A DNA stretch of 64,000 nucleotides from a virus (Duplodnaviria; Heunggongvirae; Uroviricota; Caudoviricetes): the IMG/VR virus record IMGVR_UViG_3300028591_008384. One strand, written 5' to 3'. A model generated the notes under the pieces. It was given only the letters and a program-made list of their open reading frames with translations, was not told the origin of the DNA and ran no database searches. Of this stretch, positions 27,478 to 36,352 are shown piece by piece. A program made the translations under genes and the position numbers. How positions within the stretch are numbered: position 1 is the first letter of the stretch; every line of letters begins with the position of its first letter.

Positions 27478-28851
27478 CTAGTCCAGTGCGTCAGGGTTTT
27501 CGGGGATGGGTTCGTACTTGAAGGCCTCGATTGCACGCTCGATAACCTTCGGGTCAGGGCAGTTGACCTTGCCCGGAGAGTCGGAGAGCTTCACCGCGTA
27601 CTTGCCGTTGGACATGATGAGCTTCATAATCATGCGGAGAGCATCGCGCTTCTTGTCGCCCTTGAAACGTACCAGCTTGCAGGCGAGGAAACCGCCAATA
27701 CCGAAGGCAACATTGATGTCCTTATGGAACTCGGTGGCAATCGCGATGGAGTGGTCAACATCGAGGCTGTCGGACCAGCATCCGCACTTCGTATTGGACG
27801 GGATGTTGTTCTTGCGGTAATGGTCGATGAGCATGTGGCCCCACACGAACGGATCGCCGGAGTCGTGGCGGCATCCGTCATAGAGCTTGGCCAGGTAGCG
27901 GTCAAAGTCGCGGAGGAACGCCTTGAAGCCGAAGTTGTCGGACAACGCGATACCGAGGTTGCCGCGGAACTCGTCGGCCCAGTCGTTGAGGACAGCGGCC
28001 TGGGACAGGTGCAGCGGGATGCTGTCGATGCCCTGGTAGAGGGCGTAGAGTTCATGGGCGAACGTACCGATTGCCTTGCAGCCGCACTTGATGGCCAGGT
28101 ACACGTTGGAGGTACCCACGAAGGCCGGGCAGCAGTCAATCATGTACTTCACCATGTACTCGTTCCAGTCATCGTCGATGGAACGGCGGACGCCGAAATC
28201 GGAAATCGTGAACTTGATACCACTGCGGAGGGCAGCATTCCACTTGGCGACCGCTTCGCGCAGGGCCGTCTTGGACGCATCCCAGTCGATATCGAGGTCG
28301 TCAAAGTAAAGGTTCTGGATGATTTTCAGCACATAGATTTCAAACCAGGTCGCCTGGATTGCCGGGATGCACCCGCCATCTGCGGTACCCGCCCAGATAT
28401 GGAGACCACCGTTGTACTTCGAGTCTTTGGCCACATGGATGTATTCGCGCTTCAGGCGGAAATCGGCCAGCATCTCGATGAAGTCATCGGAGAGCCACGG
28501 CATGACCCTGCGGATGCCTTCCAGTTCCCATTCGGTAAAGCGGAGGGTGCAGAGGTGGTCGAGTTCGCGGTTGATTTCGTCAAAATACGGGGTGAGGTCA
28601 ACACCGGTGGAACGGAGCTTGAATTCCCAGTAGGAGCGCTCGTTACGGCGCTTGTGGAACACAAGCTGGGCCATACCGAATTTATACGTGTCCGTCTTGG
28701 TCAGGTAGTCCACGCACCACTTGTTTGGGTTCTTGCGGCGATACTGTTTCGCTGCAGCAGGAGTGACGAGCTTCGCGCTCGGTTTACGACGACCCTTGCG
28801 GTTAGGCATTGCAAGGGAGAGTTTCTTCTTTTCGGTTACTTTCTGTGCCAT
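27478..28851 (-). CDS. nadV: nicotinamide/nicotinate phosphoribosyltransferase (NadV/NAMPT-like)
   Basis: ORF track 27478..28920 trimmed to Met24 with SD agaggt; RHDSGDPFVWG matches the R-DSGD signature of the NAPRTase/NAMPT family; about 457 aa, typical size. Confidence 0.6.
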   Translation of the reverse strand: MAQKVTEKKKLSLAMPNRKGRRKPSAKLVTPAAAKQYRRKNPNKWCVDYLTKTDTYKFGMAQLVFHKRRNERSYWEFKLRSTGVDLTPYFDEINRELDHLCTLRFTEWELEGIRRVMPWLSDDFIEMLADFRLKREYIHVAKDSKYNGGLHIWAGTADGGCIPAIQATWFEIYVLKIIQNLYFDDLDIDWDASKTALREAVAKWNAALRSGIKFTISDFGVRRSIDDDWNEYMVKYMIDCCPAFVGTSNVYLAIKCGCKAIGTFAHELYALYQGIDSIPLHLSQAAVLNDWADEFRGNLGIALSDNFGFKAFLRDFDRYLAKLYDGCRHDSGDPFVWGHMLIDHYRKNNIPSNTKCGCWSDSLDVDHSIAIATEFHKDINVAFGIGGFLACKLVRFKGDKKRDALRMIMKLIMSNGKYAVKLSDSPGKVNCPDPKVIERAIEAFKYEPIPENPDALD

Positions 28852-28864
28852 TTTTGTACCTCTG

Positions 28865-29026
28865 TTATGCAATTTCAATTTCCACGACGTCGAGGTCGTT
28901 GACGAACACGCCAAGGACATCGCCCTCGTTGCCGCCCTGGTCCGTTGTCTTTACCGAACTGTCACCATGACCGTTGGCAATCAGCTTTCCGAGCGCTTCA
29001 TACAAATCTTTCGCTGTATATCCCAT
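28865..29026 (-). CDS. hypothetical small protein (about 53 aa), hand-called
   Basis: ATG 29024-29026 with SD ggag; ends just upstream of the nadV start. Confidence 0.2.
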   Translation of the reverse strand: MGYTAKDLYEALGKLIANGHGDSSVKTTDQGGNEGDVLGVFVNDLDVVEIEIA

Positions 29027-29028
29027 AT

Positions 29029-29475
29029 TCAACTCCAGTCACCAACCAGGTAGTCGTATCCCAACCCCCAGTTGATCTTGTTCAATTCCTTATAATCCGT
29101 GTTTCCCCTTTCATCATGCCTGAACTCGGGAATATGCCGTCGCAGGTGCGTCTCATTGTCCCATTCGTCCTTGGGTATCTCGGGGAGACGGCGTTTCAGG
29201 CCGGAATACTTGTGTTCCGGTGACAGCTTCCCGCGTTCGGTCACGATGGACAGCATTTCTTCCTTGGAAACCTTGTTCCCGTATTCATCCACGATGACAA
29301 AGGGACGGCAGGACCAGAGGACCTTCCAGTCTTCCAGGTTCTCCGCGATACCGGGGACCATATGGAGCGAGAATGACCATCCATAACTGGACTTCCCGAT
29401 ATGGAGGCCAAGGTCGGAACGGTCAAACCGGTTATCCTTATAGTTCTTCTTCCTGAGATAGTAGTTGGTTCCCAT
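29029..29475 (-). CDS. hypothetical protein
   Basis: ORF track 148 aa. Confidence 0.4.
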   Translation of the reverse strand: MGTNYYLRKKNYKDNRFDRSDLGLHIGKSSYGWSFSLHMVPGIAENLEDWKVLWSCRPFVIVDEYGNKVSKEEMLSIVTERGKLSPEHKYSGLKRRLPEIPKDEWDNETHLRRHIPEFRHDERGNTDYKELNKINWGLGYDYLVGDWS

Positions 29476-29477
29476 GA

Positions 29478-30095
29478 TTATGCCTTCAATAAGCCAAAGA
29501 AAGTCTTCATTTCCTTCTTGGCATCGTTGACGAACACCGCCTGGTACACTTCGTAGCCCTCGCGACGGTTGATTGCATCACATATCCACTCCCACCTAAC
29601 CTTTACCAGCAGTTCGATTGGATGGCCGTACACCATGAACGGGGTGCGCAGGATGAAGAACGGGTCAAGTTCATGGGTTGCATCCTGGAGGTCACAAATC
29701 CTATTGAACTTCTCGCCGCGTTCCACATGGTACATCTTGTGCCAGTATCCCTTATTGTCCTTCTCGCCGATACCGGACAGGAGGCTCCTGGTAGATTCGC
29801 TCCACGCATACAGGTTCTGTGCGAGCTTCATAATCCTGCGCCACCTCATCTTTTTCTTCAAGTCATGCTTGTAGGTGAGTTTCGCCAGCTTAAGTTCGCG
29901 CTTGACAATATCCAGGCATCGGTCGCTTTTAATCACCTTCAATCCGTCCCTGAGGGCATGGATTTCGGAAACTGACTGGTTCTGCCACTCGGCAATGCGG
30001 CGAAGTTCTTCCCTCGCTCGTTTACTGGCATAATAATAGCCTTCCTTGGAGACATATTTCAAAGCCTTTTCGATTTCGTTAATGCTCGGTTCCAT
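29478..30095 (-). CDS. hypothetical protein
   Basis: ORF track 29478..30179 trimmed to Met29, which overlaps the upstream gene stop. Confidence 0.4.
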   Translation of the reverse strand: MEPSINEIEKALKYVSKEGYYYASKRAREELRRIAEWQNQSVSEIHALRDGLKVIKSDRCLDIVKRELKLAKLTYKHDLKKKMRWRRIMKLAQNLYAWSESTRSLLSGIGEKDNKGYWHKMYHVERGEKFNRICDLQDATHELDPFFILRTPFMVYGHPIELLVKVRWEWICDAINRREGYEVYQAVFVNDAKKEMKTFFGLLKA

Positions 30096-30906
30096 TCCGT
30101 ACCCCCTCATCATATAACGAGTAAAAGTTGGTTCGCACCGCGCCAATCTGGATGGCGCCTTCAAGACGCCATGAATCAACGCCGATTAGCTTGCTAAGTT
30201 GCGCCCGGTATTCATCAGTCAGGAAATCATCGAACATGTTGGTCGGAGGCGTGCTCATGACCATCTTCTTCATGCACATGCCGACAAAGCACTGCGCAGC
30301 CATCATCAGGTCGCAATCGCCCGGTCGGAGAAGCTGCTGGGTGATAATCTCCACAATCTGGTGGGAAACGGCAGCATGGCTTTCCCTCGATATGATTTCA
30401 TGAACATGACGGTTGAGAACATCTTCCATCAGTTCAAGACGGCCATGGCAAATTTCTTGGATGAGTGTCTTCTGCAAGTCTTCAGTATGCTTCTCGGTCC
30501 AACACTTATTCAGGTCAGGTAACCCGCTGTCATAGGTCAGAATCCCGCCACACTTCTCATACACGACATGAAGTATATTGCCATTATCCTGGTTGAACGG
30601 GGTAAGAATTTCATTGACGAAACGTTCCAGGTTCTCGTTGTATTCACGGGGGGTGAATTGCGAAATTGCCAGAGGAACCACGTTGCACACATCGTAATGG
30701 CCGGTTTCCAGGTCAACCTTCATGTCAACTTCAAACCCGTCACCTCTACCCTGGTTCCAGCGGAAACGCAGATACTTGATGTCCTGAAATTCATCGGCGA
30801 GTACGGTCCACGGGTCCTTACTGAGCTTGATTGCCCAGTTGTAGAACTCCGTTTCCTGCCCATCGAAAGCAGTACATTTCACATCATCGAATTCGCAGTC
30901 GGCCAT
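30079..30906 (-). CDS. hypothetical protein
   Basis: ORF track 30079..30978 trimmed to Met25 (MADCEFDD), which overlaps the upstream stop (ATGA). Confidence 0.4.
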   Translation of the reverse strand: MADCEFDDVKCTAFDGQETEFYNWAIKLSKDPWTVLADEFQDIKYLRFRWNQGRGDGFEVDMKVDLETGHYDVCNVVPLAISQFTPREYNENLERFVNEILTPFNQDNGNILHVVYEKCGGILTYDSGLPDLNKCWTEKHTEDLQKTLIQEICHGRLELMEDVLNRHVHEIISRESHAAVSHQIVEIITQQLLRPGDCDLMMAAQCFVGMCMKKMVMSTPPTNMFDDFLTDEYRAQLSKLIGVDSWRLEGAIQIGAVRTNFYSLYDEGVRNGTEH

Positions 30907-30907
30907 A

Positions 30908-31168
30908 TTAGTCCTTCGTATCTTCGAGAAGCTGCGGGAGGTCTTCCTGCATCTTCTTTGTAAGTTTCTGGTAAGCACGGGTCATCGAGTCCTCGGAGAA
31001 GCCGCGCCAGGATGTGCGGGCGGGGTATGCACGGTCGGTGCCTTCATCGTCGCACTCAATCACGATGCACCACCCGAAGATGTGTAGGAAGGTGTTGATA
31101 AAAAGAAGAAGTCCTGTGCTCTGGAACTCCTTCCAAGTGGTCTCTTTCGGCGTAGTGTACAGTGCCAT
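30908..31168 (-). CDS. hypothetical membrane protein
   Basis: ORF track 86 aa; hydrophobic core LLLFINTFLHIFGWCIVI. Confidence 0.35.
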   Translation of the reverse strand: MALYTTPKETTWKEFQSTGLLLFINTFLHIFGWCIVIECDDEGTDRAYPARTSWRGFSEDSMTRAYQKLTKKMQEDLPQLLEDTKD

Positions 31169-31185
31169 GTTGTCATCCTTTGCTA

Positions 31186-31259
31186 AGCGGGAGACGAGAT
31201 TCGAACTCGCGACCTAGGCAATGGGAATGCCTCGCTCTACCACCTGAGCTACTCCCGCA
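31186..31259 (-). tRNA. tRNA-Gly(CCC)
   Basis: Hand-folded cloverleaf: acceptor GCGGGAG/CTCCCGC, D-arm GCTCAGGTGGTAGAGC, anticodon stem AGGCA/TGCCT with loop TTCCCAT, T-arm GGTCGCGAGTTCGAATCTCG; no encoded CCA. Confidence 0.6.
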
Positions 31260-31504
31260 TGGTGGGCCTCCGCGGTAAATCACGCCACGGTTAACGGGTG
31301 GTCCAACCGTTCCGCCTGTCACTCCGGTGGAAGAGCTCCTATTTTTCCTTACGGGGCCGAATTTCCGGAAGGGGAAAGGAGTTCCCTGTCCCATGAGTGC
31401 TGCATGGGCACAGCACCATTTAACCGATGGTTCGGGACCGCTCATCGAGAACCCGGCCATGAACCCAGGTTCCACTCCACTGATTCTTGTGGCAGAACGG
31501 ACGA

Positions 31505-31545
31505 CTGCTGTTGTCCCGAATATAGCAAATTCTCAGCTACATCGG
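31505..31545 (-). promoter_or_regulatory. phage promoter motif about 250 nt upstream of tRNA-Gly(CCC)
   Basis: Reverse complement TTTGCTATATTCGGGAC. Confidence 0.4.
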
Positions 31546-31564
31546 AAGACTTTTCAGAATTTTT

Positions 31565-32371
31565 TCATTTCATGTCCACGATGGGCATGACCTTGTCGTT
31601 AGCGACGACATTCGGGAGCTTGCCATCCCAAGTTTCAATCCACTGCAAGGTGATATATTCCTTACTGTTCTGCTGCTTCAATGCCTTGAGCTTCACGGCA
31701 ATGGCGACGGAGTCAGCCTTGGCTGCAATGACCTTTGCGGTAGAATCTGCGCGGGCGGCAATCTTCTTCTGTTCATTTTCATATTCAACCTTTTTGAGGA
31801 TATTCTTTTCCTTCAAGGCATTCTGTTCAGCAACCTGCTTGTCTTCGATTGCACGGGAGAATGCATCACCGAACTTGAATTCATAGATTGTAAAACCGTC
31901 AATGATTATATGGGACTGGGCAGAATCCAACTTGCCACGCAATGCCGTTTCCATACGGAGACGAACTTCTTCACGCTTCTGCAGCATTTCTTCCGGGATA
32001 TATTGAGGTGTCACACCGGTAATGGTTTCTCGCATCTTAGGCTGCAGCACGGTAACAACAACATCCTTTCCATACTGACCATACACCTCCGCAACTTTTG
32101 ACGGATCGATGTGATAGTTCACATTAACACCAACAGTAACATCCTGCATGTCCTTGGAACCTGCACTGATACGCATTGATTCAAGCTGTGTCTTGACCGG
32201 GATGCGGACCACCTTTTCGGTAATCACGTTATAAAATGTCAACCCCGGTTCAACGGTTTCGTTCACCTTACCGAAGTTGAGGATGACACCGCGTTCAGTC
32301 TGGTCGATTTCGGCACATCCCGTGAACGCGAAGACGAGGAGAAGTGCGAATGCTGTGATGAGTTTTTTCAT
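31565..32371 (-). CDS. SPFH/band-7 (prohibitin/HflC-like) domain lipoprotein
   Basis: ORF track 31565..32413 trimmed to Met15; signal peptide plus lipobox MKKLITAFALLLVFAFTGC; body with VGVNVNYHIDP and a coiled AEQNALKEKN segment typical of band-7 proteins. Confidence 0.5.
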   Translation of the reverse strand: MKKLITAFALLLVFAFTGCAEIDQTERGVILNFGKVNETVEPGLTFYNVITEKVVRIPVKTQLESMRISAGSKDMQDVTVGVNVNYHIDPSKVAEVYGQYGKDVVVTVLQPKMRETITGVTPQYIPEEMLQKREEVRLRMETALRGKLDSAQSHIIIDGFTIYEFKFGDAFSRAIEDKQVAEQNALKEKNILKKVEYENEQKKIAARADSTAKVIAAKADSVAIAVKLKALKQQNSKEYITLQWIETWDGKLPNVVANDKVMPIVDMK

Positions 32372-32397
32372 TGTGTTTTTGCCCTTTTGTTTTTGAT

Positions 32398-32434
32398 AAT
32401 CCAAATGTAGCATCTTTGCTACAAAATGGCAACC
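32398..32434 (-). promoter_or_regulatory. phage promoter motif
   Basis: Reverse complement GGTTGCCATTTTGTAGCAAAGATGCTACATTTGG. Confidence 0.45.
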
Positions 32435-32842
32435 TTAGTCACGGATGCACTTCTTCAAGTGATCGATGTAGTCCCGGTGCTCGTCGGAAAGTTCACACAG
32501 GTCCATATAGGACTGCTTTACTTTCAGCTTGCCGACAAACATGGTGTACAAGTTGTAAGCGAACAGGAAACGGCTCTTCTGGTTGGTACCTACCCCGTTT
32601 TCACGGAGGACACCCTTGCGGTCCTTCTTCTCGGCATCCTTCATAATCCATTTCAGTTCCCTGGCGAGCTTCTTCTTGTTGCTCGCCATAATGTAGCGTA
32701 CAGCCATTTCATACTGGCCGCTGCAAATCAGCTTGCTGAAATCGCCGGTAATCTTGCGATCCGGGGTACGGGTGGCCAGGAGTTCGAGCACTACGCCCAA
32801 CCCGAAAAGTACGATTGCGATAATGGTAATGTATTCGTTCAT
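32435..32842 (-). CDS. hypothetical membrane protein (N-terminal TM)
   Basis: ORF track 135 aa; N-terminus ITIIAIVLFGLGVVLELLA. Confidence 0.4.
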   Translation of the reverse strand: MNEYITIIAIVLFGLGVVLELLATRTPDRKITGDFSKLICSGQYEMAVRYIMASNKKKLARELKWIMKDAEKKDRKGVLRENGVGTNQKSRFLFAYNLYTMFVGKLKVKQSYMDLCELSDEHRDYIDHLKKCIRD

Positions 32843-32852
32843 GGTTTTCTCC

Positions 32853-33215
32853 TTAATGGTGACTCACGTCACCGGACATTGTACTGATATTCCCGGACAC
32901 GGAACCCTTCACGTCCACGTCCCCGGACATTGTTGTGATGTTGCTGGCATTCCCACCGACGCTGATGTCGCCACTCGATGTAGTCAAGTTCCCGGAACTG
33001 CCGGTGACCTTGATGGAACCGGAACTGGTACTGGCGGACCCGACCGTTCCCTCGATGGAAATGTTGATGACCTTATCCTTGATGACCAGTTCGTTGTCAC
33101 CGATGATAATCTTGTCACCGTCAATCGTGATGCTTGAACCAGGAGGGGCCTTTATTGTCCTGCCGTTTACCTGGATGTTGCTCCCGTTTACATTGCTGCA
33201 GACTATTGTTGCCAT
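32853..33215 (-). CDS. beta-helix repeat protein (DUF2807/GIN adhesin-head-like repeats)
   Basis: ORF track 120 aa; tandem approximately 11-residue repeats SSG(D/N)I(S/T)V...GN(A/I)S; SD aaaggaatag. Confidence 0.35.
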   Translation of the reverse strand: MATIVCSNVNGSNIQVNGRTIKAPPGSSITIDGDKIIIGDNELVIKDKVINISIEGTVGSASTSSGSIKVTGSSGNLTTSSGDISVGGNASNITTMSGDVDVKGSVSGNISTMSGDVSHH

Positions 33216-33217
33216 GT

Positions 33218-33610
33218 CTATTCCTTTGTCGGCGTTCCAGCCGGCATGTGTACGATAGGTTCTTCAAAAGCGGCGATTACCACCTTGTCGAGCAGTGCGG
33301 CGAATGGAATTCCGGCCCACCTGGTGTGGTTGCGTGGGTCATTGTGAGGCTCAACTCCACCGAAGACCATGGTAGTCAAAAGTTCAATGTGCCAAATCCG
33401 CTCATTCGGCCACCTGATGTTATGTTCAACAGTAATGAGGATAGGGTCATTCAGTGAATTCTTGTCCTTCGGGTAGACCTTGATCTGGGAGGGGCAGTAG
33501 GAAACTTCCACCCCGTATTTCTCGTTGCCGAGGTCGATTGCCTGTTGGATTTCATCCGAGGTGAACTTGTCCTGCACGAAATCCTTGGAAAATCCCATCA
33601 CACTGTTCAT
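33218..33610 (-). CDS. hypothetical protein
   Basis: ORF track 130 aa. Confidence 0.4.
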   Translation of the reverse strand: MNSVMGFSKDFVQDKFTSDEIQQAIDLGNEKYGVEVSYCPSQIKVYPKDKNSLNDPILITVEHNIRWPNERIWHIELLTTMVFGGVEPHNDPRNHTRWAGIPFAALLDKVVIAAFEEPIVHMPAGTPTKE

Positions 33611-34155
33611 TAGAGTTCCTCCGGGTGTTCAAAGGTGATGATTACTTCTTTGTGTTCGTGGTAATCGCAAATGTGGCGTGTTTCGTGCCAGCGCGGGTTC
33701 GTATCGTCGATGAGTATGAACTCGGAACAATTACTCTCTTCCGCCAAGTCCCTGACCTGCTGCACGAAGCACATCTGCTTGTCCAAGCCGTAGCGCTTCA
33801 TGGAACCTGGAATATGCAGGTCCTCGATTTCCATTTCGTCAGTGGTATTGACCCACTTGTGCTTGTAGGCGCACTCAATCGAGTCGTCCTTCGTCCATAC
33901 GCGGCCCCTGTACTGGGGAGGAATTTCAAGACTGTCGAAAATCCACTTGACAATGTAGTCGCGCACTTCTTCCTTGGTGCGCCATCCCCAGGTGAACAGG
34001 CTGACCTTTACATCCTCGTTATTGCCATGCGTGGTCACCAGGTCAACAATCTGCTGCACGTAGGACATAATGCGTCCGGACTGTTCGTTCAGCCACCTGC
34101 AGTTACCCAGGTCGTCGATTACCGTATTCTCGATGTCGATGAAGATTTCTGTCAT
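33610..34155 (-). CDS. hypothetical protein (weak HAD-like N-terminal IFIDIENTV motif)
   Basis: ORF track 181 aa; starts directly after the promoter box; FIDIENT is only DxExT, not the canonical DxDxT, so the HAD assignment is tentative. Confidence 0.35.
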   Translation of the reverse strand: MTEIFIDIENTVIDDLGNCRWLNEQSGRIMSYVQQIVDLVTTHGNNEDVKVSLFTWGWRTKEEVRDYIVKWIFDSLEIPPQYRGRVWTKDDSIECAYKHKWVNTTDEMEIEDLHIPGSMKRYGLDKQMCFVQQVRDLAEESNCSEFILIDDTNPRWHETRHICDYHEHKEVIITFEHPEEL

Positions 34156-34192
34156 GCTCCAAATATAGCAAATGCCGGCAGGACCGGCAACT
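34156..34192 (-). promoter_or_regulatory. phage promoter motif
   Basis: Reverse complement GAGTTGCCGGTCCTGCCGGCATTTGCTATATTTGGAGC-ATG. Confidence 0.5.
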
Positions 34193-34203
34193 CTTATAAC
34201 TTC

Positions 34204-34437
34204 CTACATGTGAGGTACATTATTGTCGTGTTTAAGCCGTGCAATGTATTCGTTGAGACCTTTGATTTCTTCGGACATCTTGGCAAACAGCGCGTCCACA
34301 TCGGCCTTGAAGTAGAACTCCGCTTCAAGGATGATGTCAGTGTCATCGCCGCCCTTCGAGAACGTAATGGAACTCGGTTCAGGCTCATACCTGGCCCGGA
34401 TGCCTTTCAGTTCTGGACCCTTTACGGATTGACACAT
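34204..34437 (-). CDS. hypothetical protein
   Basis: ORF track 77 aa. Confidence 0.3.
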   Translation of the reverse strand: MCQSVKGPELKGIRARYEPEPSSITFSKGGDDTDIILEAEFYFKADVDALFAKMSEEIKGLNEYIARLKHDNNVPHM

Positions 34438-34733
34438 AGTTCAGTCTTCCACCTATCAATGTACTTATTCATCTGTTCCGTCATCGGGATTGGATGCAGG
34501 ATGTCATCCCCGTACCATCTTCCCAGCACTCGGGCCTGTAGGCACAGGGCAATACCACGTTCCCATTCCTCCTCGGTAACATTCCACCCCTCGGGTGGCT
34601 TGTTCGGGAGCCAGAATATGGGCTCGGGGATGGAATTGTCATCCAGGTTCCTCGCCAGTCGATAGCTTCTCAGCTTTCCGCGCACACTGACTATCAAGTG
34701 TGGAAGCGGAATATCAGGAAATTTCTTGTGCAT
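34422..34733 (-). CDS. hypothetical protein
   Basis: ORF track 103 aa. Confidence 0.35.
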   Translation of the reverse strand: MHKKFPDIPLPHLIVSVRGKLRSYRLARNLDDNSIPEPIFWLPNKPPEGWNVTEEEWERGIALCLQARVLGRWYGDDILHPIPMTEQMNKYIDRWKTELCVNP

Positions 34734-34734
34734 A

Positions 34735-35823
34735 CTATCTCCCGATTGCCTTCACGTAATCTTCGAGGATTTGGTTGTGGTGGAATGCCAGACGTGTCCT
34801 ACGGGCCACGCTCAACGGGAACCACGCAGCTTCCGCGGCATCATCGTCCCCCTTGACCGACCCGAACGTACCACGAGCATACACACCCACGTCATACGCC
34901 CAGTGGCCAGGCACGCTCTCACGCGGATCTTCCGGGATGTACACCTTCAACTGGTGGACCTGATTGGGGTAGAGGACAAGGCCAGTTTCCTCATTGAGTT
35001 CTCGGCAACTGCAATTCTCGATAGGTTCATGGGGATTGGTAAATCCACCTGGGAGACACCAATACCCGGCAAAGGGCCAACGCTTGCGGCGCACCAGGAG
35101 CACCTGGTCCTCGCGACCGATGGTCGGCTCACCGATGCCATTGATGACCACGGAGGTCACGGTGACAGAAGGCTTCGGGTAGTCACCTGGCTTGTAATTG
35201 GCAAGTTCCTGGTGTTCAGCGGTCCAATGGGTTACCGGATTGTCCTGATGGTACAGGCCATGCTGGAAGATGTACCCGAGAACTTGCGGAGAAACAGCCG
35301 TGCCCTCGTACATGGGGTTCATGAACATGTCACTGCGGACAGCGGTGGACGACACGTCTGGCACATTCACGAAGATTGGCTTGATGTCGCCACGTTCACC
35401 GAGTTCCGTATGGAAGTTGAAGTTGCGGCCACGATTGAACACGCGGATGCTGTACTTGCCGATGAGCTTCTCAGAATCCTTCCACTTGCCGGCAAGCAGA
35501 GCTTCAAGCTCGTCCATGCCGATAATGAGGTCAATGTCTGGGTCCTTCTTCTCGGACCCGGTGACATAGGTCCCATAGACCGCTTCAAGGGTATCGAACG
35601 TGCGGGACGACTGCTTGTAGATCTTGAGTTTCGGAAAACGGATATTTAGCATGGCATATCGGTCCTGGAACGAGGCATTGTACCGCTTCTCGTCATTCTC
35701 GGTCAGATAGACATGTACTTCCGGGTAGTTTTCCAGGAGATACTCGATGATGGCCTCGTGGGCCACGGTAAGCGGGTCAAATGCACCGCCATAGACTGCA
35801 ATTCTCTTTTCCATATTTACCAT
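34735..35823 (-). CDS. natV: bifunctional NMN adenylyltransferase / Nudix hydrolase (NatV-like)
   Basis: ORF track 362 aa; N-terminal IAVYGGAFDPLTVAHEAII (class-I nucleotidyltransferase HxGH-type motif); C-terminal Nudix box GYWCLPGGFTNPHEPIENCSCRELNEETGL. Confidence 0.65.
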   Translation of the reverse strand: MVNMEKRIAVYGGAFDPLTVAHEAIIEYLLENYPEVHVYLTENDEKRYNASFQDRYAMLNIRFPKLKIYKQSSRTFDTLEAVYGTYVTGSEKKDPDIDLIIGMDELEALLAGKWKDSEKLIGKYSIRVFNRGRNFNFHTELGERGDIKPIFVNVPDVSSTAVRSDMFMNPMYEGTAVSPQVLGYIFQHGLYHQDNPVTHWTAEHQELANYKPGDYPKPSVTVTSVVINGIGEPTIGREDQVLLVRRKRWPFAGYWCLPGGFTNPHEPIENCSCRELNEETGLVLYPNQVHQLKVYIPEDPRESVPGHWAYDVGVYARGTFGSVKGDDDAAEAAWFPLSVARRTRLAFHHNQILEDYVKAIGR

Positions 35824-36098
35824 TCCTTAATTCCAAATGGGAGGCAATCGTCGAACCCGACATAGAATTTGCCCTTGCACCCCTGGGCCATGGCCTTCTC
35901 CATGAACCTGGTCGCTTGCAGTTCCGTATGGAACATGACATCGCGCCAGCTCTCGGAATACAGCTCCACGGAACCCATGGCCGTATCGGCTACCATCAGC
36001 TGGTAGCGGCCCCAACGGAGGAAACCGCGCTTCCACTGCGGAACCCACCACCCGTCAATCTTCTTGATACGGTGAGTCTTGTCGAAATAAACGGTCAT
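35817..36098 (-). CDS. hypothetical protein
   Basis: ORF track 93 aa. Confidence 0.35.
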   Translation of the reverse strand: MTVYFDKTHRIKKIDGWWVPQWKRGFLRWGRYQLMVADTAMGSVELYSESWRDVMFHTELQATRFMEKAMAQGCKGKFYVGFDDCLPFGIKEW

Positions 36099-36352
36099 TT
36101 CTTCTTTGCCTTCTTTTCAGCCTGGTTCACGATAATGGGAAGTCTGCCCCACATCGCGGTAAACGGATCCGGCTTCGGTGTCGGTCGTTTGAACTCGATA
36201 CCCTCCATGATGGGAGTGACATCGCAACTACGTTCACCGAGCCACTTCTTGCCCAGTTTTTCCAGGTTCGTATCCTTTTCGATACGATACCCGGCCACCA
36301 TGTTCCCATTGGTCCACATGGATATGTAGTAGTAAATCTTATGCGGTTTCAT
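36095..36352 (-). CDS. hypothetical protein
   Basis: ORF track 85 aa. Confidence 0.35.
   Translation of the reverse strand: MKPHKIYYYISMWTNGNMVAGYRIEKDTNLEKLGKKWLGERSCDVTPIMEGIEFKRPTPKPDPFTAMWGRLPIIVNQAEKKAKKK

Noticed and set aside
33610-34155. HAD-phosphatase or polynucleotide 3'-phosphatase call for the protein starting MTEIFIDIENTV
   Set aside because: The motif is DxExT rather than canonical DxDxT, and the other HAD motifs were not convincingly found. It is kept as hypothetical with a note only.
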